This document shows, one piece after another, positions 12,876-24,934 of a DNA stretch of 64,000 nt. How positions within the stretch are numbered: position 1 is the first letter of the stretch; each line of letters opens with the position of its first letter. The stretch comes from Amoebophrya sp. A120 (lineage: Eukaryota > Protista > Dinoflagellata): positions 2,964,265-3,028,264 of the forward strand of contig CAJINV010000001.1 of the NCBI GenBank assembly GCA_905178155.1, in the 5' to 3' direction. The notes under the pieces were generated by a model. It did no database searches and was not told the origin of the DNA. It saw nothing but the letters and a program-made list of their open reading frames with translations. The translations under genes and the position numbers were made by a program.

Positions 12876-13687
12876 GCTGGGCGGTGGAAATTATACAGGC
12901 TTTTGGGAGGTTTCTTGTACCTGTTACGGGACGCAAAATGGAGTGAATGCGATGTATGTATTTGTTTTTCGGTGAAATAGAAACGCAAATGTGAAATAAC
13001 TGAGTACAACTATAGATTACTTTTACTGCCCAAAAAACTCTCGTCGCTGGGGTACAGCCTTGGCGAGGTGTTTGAGGCTTGATAGCGATAGCCCGAAAAA
13101 GATTCGGCTCAACAATGGGTTGCGGTGTTGTTAAATCGGAGTACGGGTTTGCAACAAAGCTGCTGCGGGAGAAGAATTTAAAGTTTCAGAAGTTGAAGTT
13201 CACGGCTGTTACAACTACCATCTAAGCTTTATAGTTGACGTGCACAATGACACATCATCATCAATTGCGTATCGGACGAAGGATAGAACGAACAAAACGA
13301 GAACGAGAGGAAGCAACAGAACGACAAAGATACCGATTGTAGCATGTGCTGGACGATTCATACGATATTCGCTTGCGCAGCATAGATATGCACGTACAGT
13401 AGCGAATGCGAAATTAATATAAATATCACTATCAGCTGGGAGAGGGAGTGCAATACCAGCTGCCATTGATTGAACGAGGCATATATCTATGCGACCGACG
13501 TTTATATTCTGTTTTGCACATAACGGAACACAGGCGGGAAAGGAACGGCTACCTTGCTCGACGAGCAAGCTCAACAAGTAGGAGCATTTATCATTTACAG
13601 TTTTGCAGAGCCACCTCCACCTGATTGTGCAAATACAAAGAGTTGCAGTTGAGGTTTATTGCGTTTTGTCTGTTCAAAGGAGATGCG

Positions 13688-14800
13688 TTACCACATCGCT
13701 TTTCTCGGCCTGACTTTTTCCGTGAACCCATTTTCGTAGGCCTCCTTTCGGTAGTGGTAACCCGCTCTCGGCCCAGTCCCGGTTTCTGCGTCGATGAACA
13801 ACGTTCGGTTCTGCAAGGCGAACTTCCCGGCGGATTCCTGCAAAATCTTCTTCGCCGTGTCGTGACTATCGAACTCGATGTAGCAGAAGCCCTTGCTCCG
13901 CCCCTGCTCGTGGCCGACGCGGACGGTTTTCACCTTGGGTTCCCCGCCGAAGCATTCGGCGATTTCCGCCTCCGTGGCGGTGTAGGGAAGGTTCTTCACG
14001 AAAAGCGTTTTGCTGGACTCTGGCAATGATTTCTTCTTTCCATCTGCTGCGTTACTAACTGTTGACTGCTTCACCTCGTTTGCGGTTTTCGCTTCCAAAT
14101 ACCGTTTGCTGTTCGGCGGCGTGAACCAATGTAACTTCTTGATCGCCATTTTTGCGTTCTTTTCCGTGTCGAATTCCACGTGGCAGTACCCGCGCAGCCG
14201 CCCGGTGTCTTGCCAGGTTGGTGCGCGAATCTCGCCGAAGCCCTTACATGCCTGCTTCGTCAAGAGATTTTTGATCTTGTCCAAATCCCACACATAGGGG
14301 AGGCCAGAGATGAAAACCGTCCTCGGCGCGGCTTGCTTCGACGCTTCCTGGGAAAGCCGCTCGGTGTAGGGGAGGTCCTTACTAGGGTCGAAGTCTTCGT
14401 TGAAAGAGGTTTTTTCTGTGTTGGTGGCGTCACTTTGTGCAGCTCCGGTGCTGTCTGGCATTTCTGCATCAGATGATGCCTCATCGTCCTCATCGTGTTC
14501 GTCGGCGGTTGTTTGTTCTGGCGCAGGAGCGACCTTGTTGAGAGCCTTGTCTTTCAGCTTTTTCGCTAGTTGCGCCGTCGCGTCCTTCTTAGAAACAGTG
14601 GATTTCTTCACTTTTTTCTTCTTCTTCACCTTTTCCACGGAGGGAGCGGGCTCCGTTTCAGAAACTTTCGTTTTCCTTGTCGCTGCATCCGATTCCTGAT
14701 AGTCGGCTTGACGCGCAACGACAGCGTGGTCTGCTGCCTTGCTAGACGTCTTTTTCACTTTCTTTTTCATTTTTTTGGGTAGGTCACCAGTCATTTTCAT
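13688..14800 (-). CDS. Nucleolar-type RNA-binding protein with two RRMs (nucleolin/Nop13/RBM34-like)
   Basis: Lys-rich and acidic N-terminus; RNP2/RNP1 motifs VFISGL...RGYCHVEF and LFVKNL...KGFCYIEF. Confidence 0.9.
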   Translation of the reverse strand: MKMTGDLPKKMKKKVKKTSSKAADHAVVARQADYQESDAATRKTKVSETEPAPSVEKVKKKKKVKKSTVSKKDATAQLAKKLKDKALNKVAPAPEQTTADEHDEDDEASSDAEMPDSTGAAQSDATNTEKTSFNEDFDPSKDLPYTERLSQEASKQAAPRTVFISGLPYVWDLDKIKNLLTKQACKGFGEIRAPTWQDTGRLRGYCHVEFDTEKNAKMAIKKLHWFTPPNSKRYLEAKTANEVKQSTVSNAADGKKKSLPESSKTLFVKNLPYTATEAEIAECFGGEPKVKTVRVGHEQGRSKGFCYIEFDSHDTAKKILQESAGKFALQNRTLFIDAETGTGPRAGYHYRKEAYENGFTEKVRPRKAMW

Positions 14801-15345
14801 TTATTTCAGCCTAGTTCGAATTGGTAAAATAAGCAAGGAGTACGAGTCGAAGTTGTCGTCCCAGAAAAGCAAACTTGTATTTTATTTCTTTTCAACTATC
14901 TTTCTCAGCGTTGCCTTTCTTTTAGCAGCCTGACTTTAGATATTGATGCGAACCGCAATCTGGTTTGATGAGGTATAACAAAAAACAAAAAGCTAAAGCC
15001 ACCGAAGAACCACTGTGGGTTAAATTGTGTATGATTAAGATGATCATTAACATCATTTGATCGTGGCATATTATCTGGTGGCGATCTTCTCACAACACAA
15101 TGATCCGTGGCAAAGAGCCTGATTTTGAACCTGTCCCTGTGTTTGAGATCTTGATCTTCCATGGACTTTCTTCTGTCAGGATCAATGCGCAACCTGCTTT
15201 AGGATGATCCTAGACCTAGAACAGAGGACTAGGCTACATGTCGATGTGCTCCATGTTCATCATCGCACATTGATTTGCAACTTTGAAAAAATGTCAAAAG
15301 TACTGCATTCCTTCGTATTTCTCGCGAAAGGAAATCGTAAATGCC

Positions 15346-16662
15346 TCACTTCCACGAAAGCGAAAAGGGATGCCTATCGTAAGTTTGAAACAAGTGGTTC
15401 TTGTCGCATTCGAATTTGATACCATTCTCCGCTTCAAAAAAATTCCGCATGACTTCGTGGATGAGATTCTCGTGGAATTTGAGTCCTGTCAACCCACCGC
15501 AGCGTACGGGCTTGCGCTGTTCTTTTTCTTGTTCCTGCAGTTGTCTCCATCGAAGCGAACACACTATGTTATTTGTGGCGCCAACGTCCCACTCTTCAAC
15601 CTCTTGAACCAATGCACTTTGGTCCGCGTCGGCAAGGCGGCCCGTTCCATAATAACCCGAAAAGGCTACTGTAGGTTTGATATTGCGTCCGCGATCGAGA
15701 AACAAGATTCTAGATTCGGCCTGTCCAACCAGCGACGAAGCCCCTGGCAATTGAGAAAAACGGAACGAGTTGCGTTCGTGCGCGTTTCTTTTTCTTAAGG
15801 TGGGCAAGTAAAAGAAAATAAAAAAACATCCCGAAACAGAACAAAACTAAAAAAACGCGCCGGTGACCTGCAAACCACAGGCGCCCGGCCTGAAATTATT
15901 GGCACAGCAGACACACCACGGCGCCAGTATCTATGTACCTTCCGCGGCCTCTTCTTCGCACATTTGCAGGAGGTATTGCATTTGCGGTCGCAGCTGTTGC
16001 GCTCGCGCCGATCGGGCACGGCGGCAATAGCTCTCTGCGTTCAGGAGCACATCCTCAACAGGATCGCTCAGGAACGAGCTTATTGCTACGAAAAGCTCTG
16101 CTGCCATTGTCCGCGTGCAAAGCGCGGGCACTGCAGCGATCCACATCTCTAGGATTTGGTCCTGTCGGAGGCTCTTGCTTAGCGCGTCCCATCCTCTGCT
16201 CTTACTCCAGCCAGCACCCACAGGAAGAGCCTGCTCACGGAGTTGGTTATTCGTGTTGTCTCGCCCCCACGCTTCCAGAATATAGGCACTCGCCACCTTG
16301 CCGCTTGCTGATGTCGGCACTGCTTCTACCCACGATACGCCGACAATTTTCCAATTTCTTTTGAAGAAATCGCCGCGACTTAAGTCTGCAGCCTTCTCTT
16401 CGGAAATTGCAGACGCGCCCCGGTCAGCTGCGGCCTTCAATACCGTATGGCTCTGAAGATCGGCCTCCACTTGCGCAAGTTTCTTGCTGATGCCAGATAA
16501 CTGGCGAAGCGTCTCCCCGTGACGAGCAAACGGGGGCCCTCGGTTTCCGGTGTTCGCGATCCTCGTAGCAGCCAGCTGGTCTTGGAGCTGCGCTTTCGTT
16601 GCTCTGAGGTCCGCGACGCAGCGTGCCGCGCGCTGCTCTACCCACCGATCAAATAAGGACAT
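15346..16662 (-). CDS. Hypothetical protein, probably two exons
   Basis: Adjacent minus-strand ORFs 15931..16662 and 15346..15807 with protein-like composition, separated by a T-rich intron-like gap. Confidence 0.55.
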
Positions 16663-17261
16663 GACCAGGAGAGAACTTGCTGGGACGAGACCACAATTAA
16701 TTTCAATTACTCAAAAAAATACTTTTCGAACAAGAATCGAGATCGACAGCTTGATGTTGATACGAAAAACTTACAGAGGCAGATGCTGGATCGATCCGGA
16801 TAGAAAAGGTATAACATAAACCTGAGTAGCAGGTGTAAGTAGAACGGTTACGTCACAGCCGTGATCGACATCGTGGGTGTGGAACCACCATAAATTTTTG
16901 TGGAACTTCTCGGGTATGATCTCTCGATCTTCATGCTTATCGCAGAAAAAGAATAGCAACAAAGTGACATCTTCTTTCGTTTTAGGTCAACATCGCTTGG
17001 GCTCGTTGTGTCTATACTGCATGGCCCCCGAGCAGCTGTGCCGTAAGCCAAGACGGTAAGAGTGCTTCAACACATGTAGTTGGCGACTGAGAAGTTAGCT
17101 GAGCTTTATTTGACGTCGAATTGACCGTCGGACACACCTTCCGTTACATCGCCTTTTGATGTCAACACCGAAGCAGAAAGATCATTGTTTTGCCGTTGCC
17201 ACCAAACAAAAAACCAGAACTAAACAACGAGAAAAAAATTTCATATTCATCGTCCCACTCA

Positions 17262-18230
17262 CTATATTCTCTGATTCACCGGCGAAAGTGATCTCGACAT
17301 CTTGGCGTTTTTATTCCTGACACTTTCTCTCTGCCGGCTCACAAATTGCGACTCCGGGATCCAAAACCGTTCTGGATCGTTTCGCTTCACCTCGGCGTGC
17401 GGGTACCGGATGCGCATGAAGTTTTGAAAGGTCTGCAGCCTTTTTTTCTCGGGGAAGGTCATATCCGCGAAGATTTGCTGCCTGAACATTTGGTGAAACA
17501 GCATGTCCTTCGGCCACACGTCGGATTTGCGGAAACCCTCGGGATGCGGGTCGTTGTCAGACTCGATCGCTTCCTCGTAAAAATTATCCAGGAAAAAACA
17601 CCCATCCCCATCCAATTTGTCACGCAAAACATGCATAAAATCCACTATTTGTCATGCACAAAATGGATGGGGATGGGTGTTTTTTCCTGGATAAAAATCC
17701 TTCGGAAGGTTCTCGATGGCTTTCAGCGTACTTTCCTCCAGAAGTTGTTTCTTCTTAGCGAGTAGTTCCTCGTGCTTCCTCAGATGCGACAAGTAGATCC
17801 GTCGCTCCTTCTCGTACTCTTCCCGATCCGCCTCGCTGTCGTTTGGCGCCGCTGGGCTGTAGATCAACTGCAGCAGGTTTTTCACATTTTTCTCTCGTCG
17901 AAGAAAACTGGTGGTCAGTGCGACGAGCTCGCCGGGGAGAAAGGGGAGCAGTTTGATGAGGGTGGAAGCTTTTTCCTTTTGCGCTTTCACTTTCACGAAG
18001 CTGAAACTTCTGGATTGGAGGTGATGTTCGTGTTGTAGTTGGGTCTCCGCAGTTTTTCTTGTTGCCGACATTGGCTGGAGGACGGGCACCAAAGACGTGC
18101 GCGTGCAAGCTGCACCATAGCTATGGACGAGGACGCTTCGGCTGGAGCTCGAAGACCCTCCGGAGACGAATAGCCCGACAGCACGCGCACGCAGTGTAGG
18201 TACGACGCTCGTTGCCATGGCACGCGACAT
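17262..18230 (-). CDS. Mitochondrion-targeted protein, probable mitoribosomal mL40-like; split by a TIR intron
   Basis: R/S/A-rich presequence ending RSFS. The joined sequence LLEESTLKAIENLPKDFYEEAIE resembles the mL40 helix. The frame is restored by removing 17585-17693 plus one TSD. Confidence 0.6.
17585..17693. mobile_element. TIR introner, family E, 109 bp
   Basis: TIRs tatccaggaaaaaacacccatccccatcca / tggatggggatgggtgttttttcctggata; perfect TSD aaaat; has an in-frame stop if retained. Confidence 0.92.
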
Positions 18231-18612
18231 GCTCAGGTGCTAAATTTCCCCTTCGGTGATTCTCTTTTTCTATCTAAACTCGAAATAGAAAACTGAAGCC
18301 TCTGGAGGTATTTTTACAAAAGAGACCGAGCTAGATTGTGGTGCTTCTGAAAACCAGATCTGAGGGGTCTGTGCGGTGCTGGCCGCCAATGTGAGATATT
18401 ATTAGCTCAGCACAAAAAGCTAAAGCAAAGGCAAACGAACATTACATCAAACCCGAAAGCGGCGAGACGATGCGCAACGCCTTGCTATAGTAGCACAACC
18501 ACAAGCATGTCCTTGATGGTCGATAAAAATGCGCGTAGACCAATAATGTGGCGTCAAAATCGTCCTTTGATCTGCAGTGCAGTCCTACAGTACACAAGAA
18601 CTCTGCTTTTCT

Positions 18613-21600
18613 TCACATCCCTGAATCCAGCACGGACGTCAGCAAATGCTGCGCCTTCCCGCCAACCCGGTCGCTGGTCGGGAATCGTTGCATGACCTTC
18701 ATCACGAAACTCACCGCCAGTTCGCGCTCCGACTGCTTTTTCTCCTCCTCTTCTTCTTCGTCAAACAAGCCTATTCCGCCCATCGGCTCGTCCTGTTTTT
18801 CCAGCGATTTCCGCTTCAACTCGTTGCTGGCAAAGGCGTTGGCGCACGCGGCGACGAGGGACTGGGAAAGGACGCGCTGGACACTGGAGTCGATGGCGAG
18901 CAGGTGGAGAACGGCGTTGAGAACCGTGGCCGTGTATTCCTCGTGGAGGCTTTCACGAATAGAGTCGATCTGGAGGTGAGATGAAGTATGTATTTTCATG
19001 TTCGGTAAGAAAAAAATCATGTGCATGGCAAAAACGAACGCCCCACGTCCTCCATGCAAATGCAATGGCACACAAAATGGAATAAGCTACTTACGAGCGG
19101 AGACACAAACATGTTTATGGCGCATTGACAAAACTATACCAGAACAGCCACCAACATCACCACCAACGGTGTTTCTTTCCCAGGATTCCAGTACGACAGC
19201 CTCGCGATCGCGCGCAACACCTCCATCTCGACCGCGAGTGGAAGCAAGTTCGGAATCTTCTTTTTCCCACCACCTCCTCCAGCTCCGATCTGCGCCTCGC
19301 TTTCGTAGTGCTGCAGAACTGACAAACACAGTCCGATGCTGCTGGCCTGGTCGAACAGCGCGGCGAGCGTGCGTCGCAGCCGACTCTGGAGGTCCAGTGA
19401 AGGGAGTTTCTGGTGCAGGTCGACCAAATTCGTCACGATGGTCAGGCGGAATTTGTTCTGCGACTCCAGATTGCTGTTGCGACTGCTCGCTGGAGCGCCG
19501 GAATGATGCAGAAATTCTGTTTCCTCGACGAAAAAGTCGCTTTCCTCCATGGCTGAGCAAGCCAATTCGACGAAAAACGGATTTTTCTTCGATTCGACGA
19601 AGTGCACGAGCGAGAAGAGACAGATCTCGGAACTCTTTTTCAACAGAACCTTCATGCAGTCCTGCGCGACCAGGGTGAGACTCTCTGTTAGCAGGTTATG
19701 GGGCTCTCAAACGTTACATTCTCAACTGTTACATGATTTGTCATGCAAAAACGCTATCACTTCTCACAATTTCAAACCTTCTCCGCATGACAAGTTCTCG
19801 ACGCGCTAGATAGCACTGTAATCTATTCCAAACCTGTAATGCAAAAGGCGCAACCCTCTCCCTTTCACTATTGCCATTCTTGCATTGCAAATTTATGTAA
19901 CAGTTGAGAATGTAACATTTGAGAACACCATACAGGTCGGCAGGGACTTCGAAAAGTTCAAACAGCCGGTCCATAAACCCCAGTGCAATCAAGTGGTCAG
20001 GAACTACACTGGTCGTGGGCAGCTGCGTTGGAGTACTTCTATTTGGTGCAGCTTCTTCATCTGCGTCTGGTCCTGCGGCCCCCGCTTTGCTGATCCTGCT
20101 GGTTGCGTCCCAGTGGTCCAGCATGGTCCTGACAATCTCCAGACTGCTCTTATGGCGTTCTCAAACGTTACATTCTCAACTGTTACATGATTTGTCATGC
20201 AAAAACGCTATCACTATTCACACAACCAAGCCTTCTTTGCAAGACAACTTCTCGACGCGCTAAATAGCACTATAATCCGTCCCAAATCTGTAATGCAAAA
20301 GGCGCAATCTTCCTCCTTTCACTTTTGCCACTCTAGCATTGCAAATTCATGTAACAGTTGAGAATGTAACAGTTGAGAACGCCATAGCTCTCCAGCACGG
20401 GCCACCACTTCGTCGGCAGTTTCAGTTCGTGGAGCGCGATATCAACTGTAAAAATGTCTGGGTCTGGAAGGATGCAAGATTTGTGATGCAGGTTTTTCAT
20501 GACCCATGAGGTCTGGAATGCGAGACCCAGCATGTCAGATTCTTTGAGGTCTCTATCATGCCTTTCCTGCATGAGAAACTCCCTCTCAACTTGGTCAAAA
20601 GCGGACACCTTTTGGTACTCACGCAACACAGATTTTTGCATCATTCAGATTTGGCATGACAAGTTCTAATCTTCCAGACCCAGACATTTTTACATTTGAT
20701 ACGCGAGGAGAAATGGTTCGACAGCAGTTGAACGTGAGAGCCTCGGGCAATATTCGCGATTGATTTCATCTTCCTCCTCCTCCTCATTGTCACCGGGGGA
20801 AAGTGATTCTCTCAGAACTCGAAACTGCATGACCCCGTAGGGCAAATCGTCCTTCTCGCATTGGTCTACGCATTCGAGCACAGCTTCAAACAACTCCAGC
20901 AGCTTCTGAATTACCATCGCGGAATCCAGTTTCAACACCTGCAGGCGAAAAGTCCCCGCACTCATTCGCGGCAGTGCGACGGCCCAGAGGAGAAGGTTCT
21001 CGGTTACTCGGGTCGTGTAGGAGGAGGCGGTGGAAGTAGGTGCCTTGCTGTCCAGAACGACTAGGGCAGACGCCCATGCGTAAAGGTCAGAATACAGCTC
21101 GTCTGATGTCTCTGTCGGTGCGGGAAAAAGCGAACTGGCCGCTGTTTTGTTTGTTTTTTGCTTCCGAGCGGTGCGCGTTTTTTCAGAAATAGGAACGAAT
21201 AAAACGGTAAGAAAGTTTTCAGTATCGTGGAGCTTCAAACTTTGAGTTTCAGGTTTCAGTCTCTAAGAAAAAAGAACTTTTTACCACTTGCTTCCGCATG
21301 CTGTACGCGTGCTGCAGCACCAGCGCCGGTCTGCAATAGAATTGTCGGCGCAGCAGCTGCTGCGCGCTCCACTTCTGGACTGAGGAACAAAACTCGCAAC
21401 GTCAGTTGGCTGTCCTGGAATAGCTTGTCTAAGATGCGCAGGCACCCAGCTTCCGCTTCCGCAAAGTGTGGCTGGCCCGACACAAAGGCCGCGAGTATCT
21501 GCGGACCCGCGAGGCCGACGAAAACGCTTGGGGACAAAAAACCCGTTTTCAGCAGGTCATCGAGCGTCTCGACCACGATTCGCTTGATCGAAGCGATGAC

Positions 21601-24081
21601 TTTCGCCTTTTTCGACGTTGTCACATCATACGAATCTGCTATCACTGCTTCTGCCGGGCCACTGTCTTGATCAGCCGCGTTCCTACTTGTACGGCCGTCA
21701 TAAAACTCTGGCCCGCGCATCCGGAAAAACGCATAGAAGATGAGGCGCAGGTTTCGGCAAACCAAGGAGGTCAGGGTTTTGGTCAGCAATTCTTTCGTGG
21801 TCGCGGATTCAAGGTCTACTTGAAGGTTATCTGTGGCGATCTGCGTCAAATCTGAGGCAGAGGCTTCCGGCGAACCGCACTCGGTCTCGATCAGCAATGT
21901 CGTCAACAGATCAAACAACGCCGCGTTCTCGGCGAACTCGTCCTCTAAAAACCCCAATTCCAGCAGCATCTGGCATGCGCGCCGTTTCTCCCCGACAAAA
22001 ATGTTGTCCGTCAGTGCGACTTTGCAGAGCGAGTGGACTTCCTTGCGGAATGCCTTGGCCTCGGGGAGAAAGAGCTTCTTTGCTCCCCTGCTACGTGTCG
22101 GGGAGGACGAACCGGCTGGAGTGACGTCCGGAGAGGTTGTAGTCGCGGCGACTGCAGCATTTCCATCTCCCGCCTCCTCGATTTCTTCCTTGAGAATCGC
22201 TAGATTGTCCAGCATCGGGCGGACCAGCAGCCGTAAGATCTGCAACCGTAACTCGAGCAATTCCGTCTGCGGCGTCCAGATTTCGTTGTTCATCAGTACG
22301 CGCACGTGTTGGGCCAGATCCTGTGGCTCGACGACCGTGTCCAGCTCGGAATGCTGATGCACGAGTTGCCAATGCAGCAAGAGAAACTGCAGGCTCACCA
22401 TCCGTCCCTCCATTTTCCGCTCCTTAGCGACGGGATCCTCGATAACAGCGAGGCACAAGTTGGCGACAGTGTTGCGCAGCTTTATCCCGCCCGCAGTTGT
22501 CGGGGAGAGTGAAGGAACTGTTGCGTCGGGGTCGTCTGAAACTACAGGTGCGGGGGCCGAGGCAGTCGCAGTTTTGGCCGAAGTTCCTTGTTGTGCGGAG
22601 AAAATTTTGCATATTTCGGAAATGAACTTCAGGCGCCGTGCTTCCCTTTCCGCCGGATCTTCCTCGTCTTTACCACCTACTTTTGAACCCCGCGACGACG
22701 TTGCGCCGCCACCGCCGGAAGTTCCTGGTTGCAAGAATGCTGCAAAAGCCGCCCCAACGCCACTTCGTCCTGAAGGTGTTGCGAGTTTCGCCTCGGTCGC
22801 TGCGTCCGTTTTATTCGCAGACGACGACGAAGATCGCTCAGTGCCTGTCTTAGGCGGCGCCAGCAGTTTCTCCGCTTCCCAGAGTAGCTGCTGTTCTGGC
22901 GGAATTTTGGTTTGCGTCGCCGCGTTAACCAAAACTGGTCTGGCCTGCAGCCGCTGCTTTAAGACTGCGTTCTCCTCTCGCAGCAGTTCCACTTGCTGCC
23001 GCAAATCTTCGTTTTCCATGCTGATCCGCTGCAAAACGCCCTCTTCAAATTTGGATGACGGCGAAACCCGCACGGCGCCAGCTTCGCAGTTCTCGTGCGT
23101 GTTTTTAGAAGGGTCGTAGTCCTCTCTCGGCGGTGGGATGTCAACATCATCTTCAGGAGTGGCTCTCTTTGGTCCGTCGCCAGGATCGTGATCTAAGACA
23201 GGGCTGGCGATTTTGTCTACGTCTATCGTGTGCTGTTCCGTTTCGACAAAAGGACTCGGTGTACCTTTGGTATCGTCATCGACAGCTGGTGCAGAGGATC
23301 GCTTCACTAATTTCTCCTCCGGTCGTTCTCCTACATTCGTAGGTTCCACAGGTTCACGTCCACCACCTTCTGCAAGGGTATGCGAGACCTCCGCAAGCTC
23401 CGCTTTCCTTCCAGAGCCGCCGATAATCGGTCTAGGTGAAGACGAGGAGGACGAACCTTTTGCCGCCGAGGGCGAACTGGGAACTACAGGATGCACCACC
23501 CCCGACGTGGACTCGGCCGTCGAGGTACTCGTGCCGGCCTGCTTGGAACCGCTGGCCTTCGAGGTTCTCGTGCTGGTCACTGCGTCCTCGTCGTCTTCCA
23601 ATGCAGTTGTGAGATCGACAGGCACGGCTCCTGCACCTGCTCCACCAGGCTGGCCAAGGGCTGGGTCTACTTCTCCCTGTTCCAGAGGCTGTTGATGATC
23701 AAGATCATCTTCTACAAGAACTGCACTTGTTAGACCATCTTCTGGCCGCTCGTCCACCTGAGCTACTGGAACTTCTCGGGGACTAGCTTGTTCCTCGTCA
23801 GCGTCGACCTCGACTCCTTCGTCGGCCGACTCCGACTCGTTCTTCACCGCTGTGTACTGTGGCGATGAGGGTTCATCTTGTCCGGAATTGTCTTCATCTG
23901 CCCTCGCCGAATTGCGGTTGCCTTCTCCATCAACTTCAACATCTTGCGCTGGTGCTGGCGGGTCAAGGTCATCAACATCAACCGCTGTTCCTGCTGCATC
24001 TTCATCTCGCAGTTCTCCGCCCGCAGCTGCCGTTGGGTCCTCGTCGTCCCGAGCCTCAGGACTCGCGGGGGCGGACTCCAT
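18613..24081 (-). CDS. Large protein with acidic disordered N-terminus, coiled coil and helical (ARM/HEAT-like) C-terminal region; three TIR introns plus conventional introns
   Basis: ORFs 20690..21238, 20333..20644, 19741..20124, 19134..19655 and 18613..19071 chain in frame (FLLA|LHELK, VLES|SLEIV, PADL|LTESL; GT-AG intron 18970-19139). The junction to ORF 21256..24135 near 21180-21290 is not resolved. Confidence 0.75.
19697..19932. mobile_element. TIR introner, family A, 236 bp
   Basis: tatggggctctcaaacgttacattctcaactgttacat ... atgtaacagttgagaatgtaacatttgagaacaccata; perfect TSD caggt. Confidence 0.95.
20151..20386. mobile_element. TIR introner, family A, 236 bp
   Basis: tatggcgttctcaa ... 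ttgagaacgccata; perfect TSD gctct; highly similar to 19697-19932. Confidence 0.95.
20440..20701. mobile_element. TIR introner, family B, 262 bp
   Basis: tatcaactgtaaaaatgtctgggtctggaag ... cttccagacccagacatttttacatttgata; perfect TSD cgcga. Confidence 0.95.
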
Positions 24082-24934
24082 TGATCCAACTTGTAAATGC
24101 GAAGTGGATAGTACGATAACAAGAACGAGTGGCACCCACTGTATGTAGTGCTTCTATCAGTAGTCGACGATAAACCTAAAGCACACTACACGTAGTGAGA
24201 AAAAGTATGGTCGTGTGGAAAACTGGGCAGCGGCCTTTCTTCAAGCAAGGGCAAGCCGGCGGTACACATACAAGTACTTCAACTTGTTCATCTTTTCCTT
24301 TTAGTACGATCACGAACTGGACGCTTTCATCGCTCAAGAGCCACAACCACAGGGAAGCGCAAAGCAGTTGTGCGCCAGGTCGTGATACGCGATCACGTGC
24401 TCGGTTGTTGTAGATCCTGCATCCCGCCAAAGCCGAACGACGCAACACACATCCATGAAAAGCAAAGCAACACCATTTCTTTGACCTTAGTGCTTCGTCT
24501 TCAAAACGAAAACCACGAGGAATCAATGGCGCAGGCCTCGAAGAGCCTTTTGCAGGCCTCATGATGAGCTGATTCACTTTGCGAGTGTGAAGGGTATCAT
24601 TCATCCTCCTGGGGAGTGGTAACATTTGAGATATTTAGCCGTTAAGCAATACGTAGATTAACGTGCCATGCATGTTGTGCAAAAAAAGGCAAAATGTCAA
24701 CATGAGTATGAGATTAAGACCACTAGTGCAAGGGCAAATTCTTCAGGGCCGGGACTTGTTAATGGGTCGTGCGCCACTTCCGCAATCCCCCAACTGTTTT
24801 TCTCTTCTACTACTGATAGATTGAGTACTTACCACGAAACATATCATCATCATCATCATCTCCCGCCAGCAGGGCTCAACTGACGCTGTCAAGTGCAACT
24901 CAAAACGCCGACCACAGAGCAGCCTCTTTGTGGT

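Noticed and set aside
19697-20701. Recurrent ttctcaactgttaca repeats as a possible CRISPR array
   Set aside because: The repeats are inverted termini of dispersed elements, not direct repeats with spacers; the context is eukaryotic and has no cas genes.
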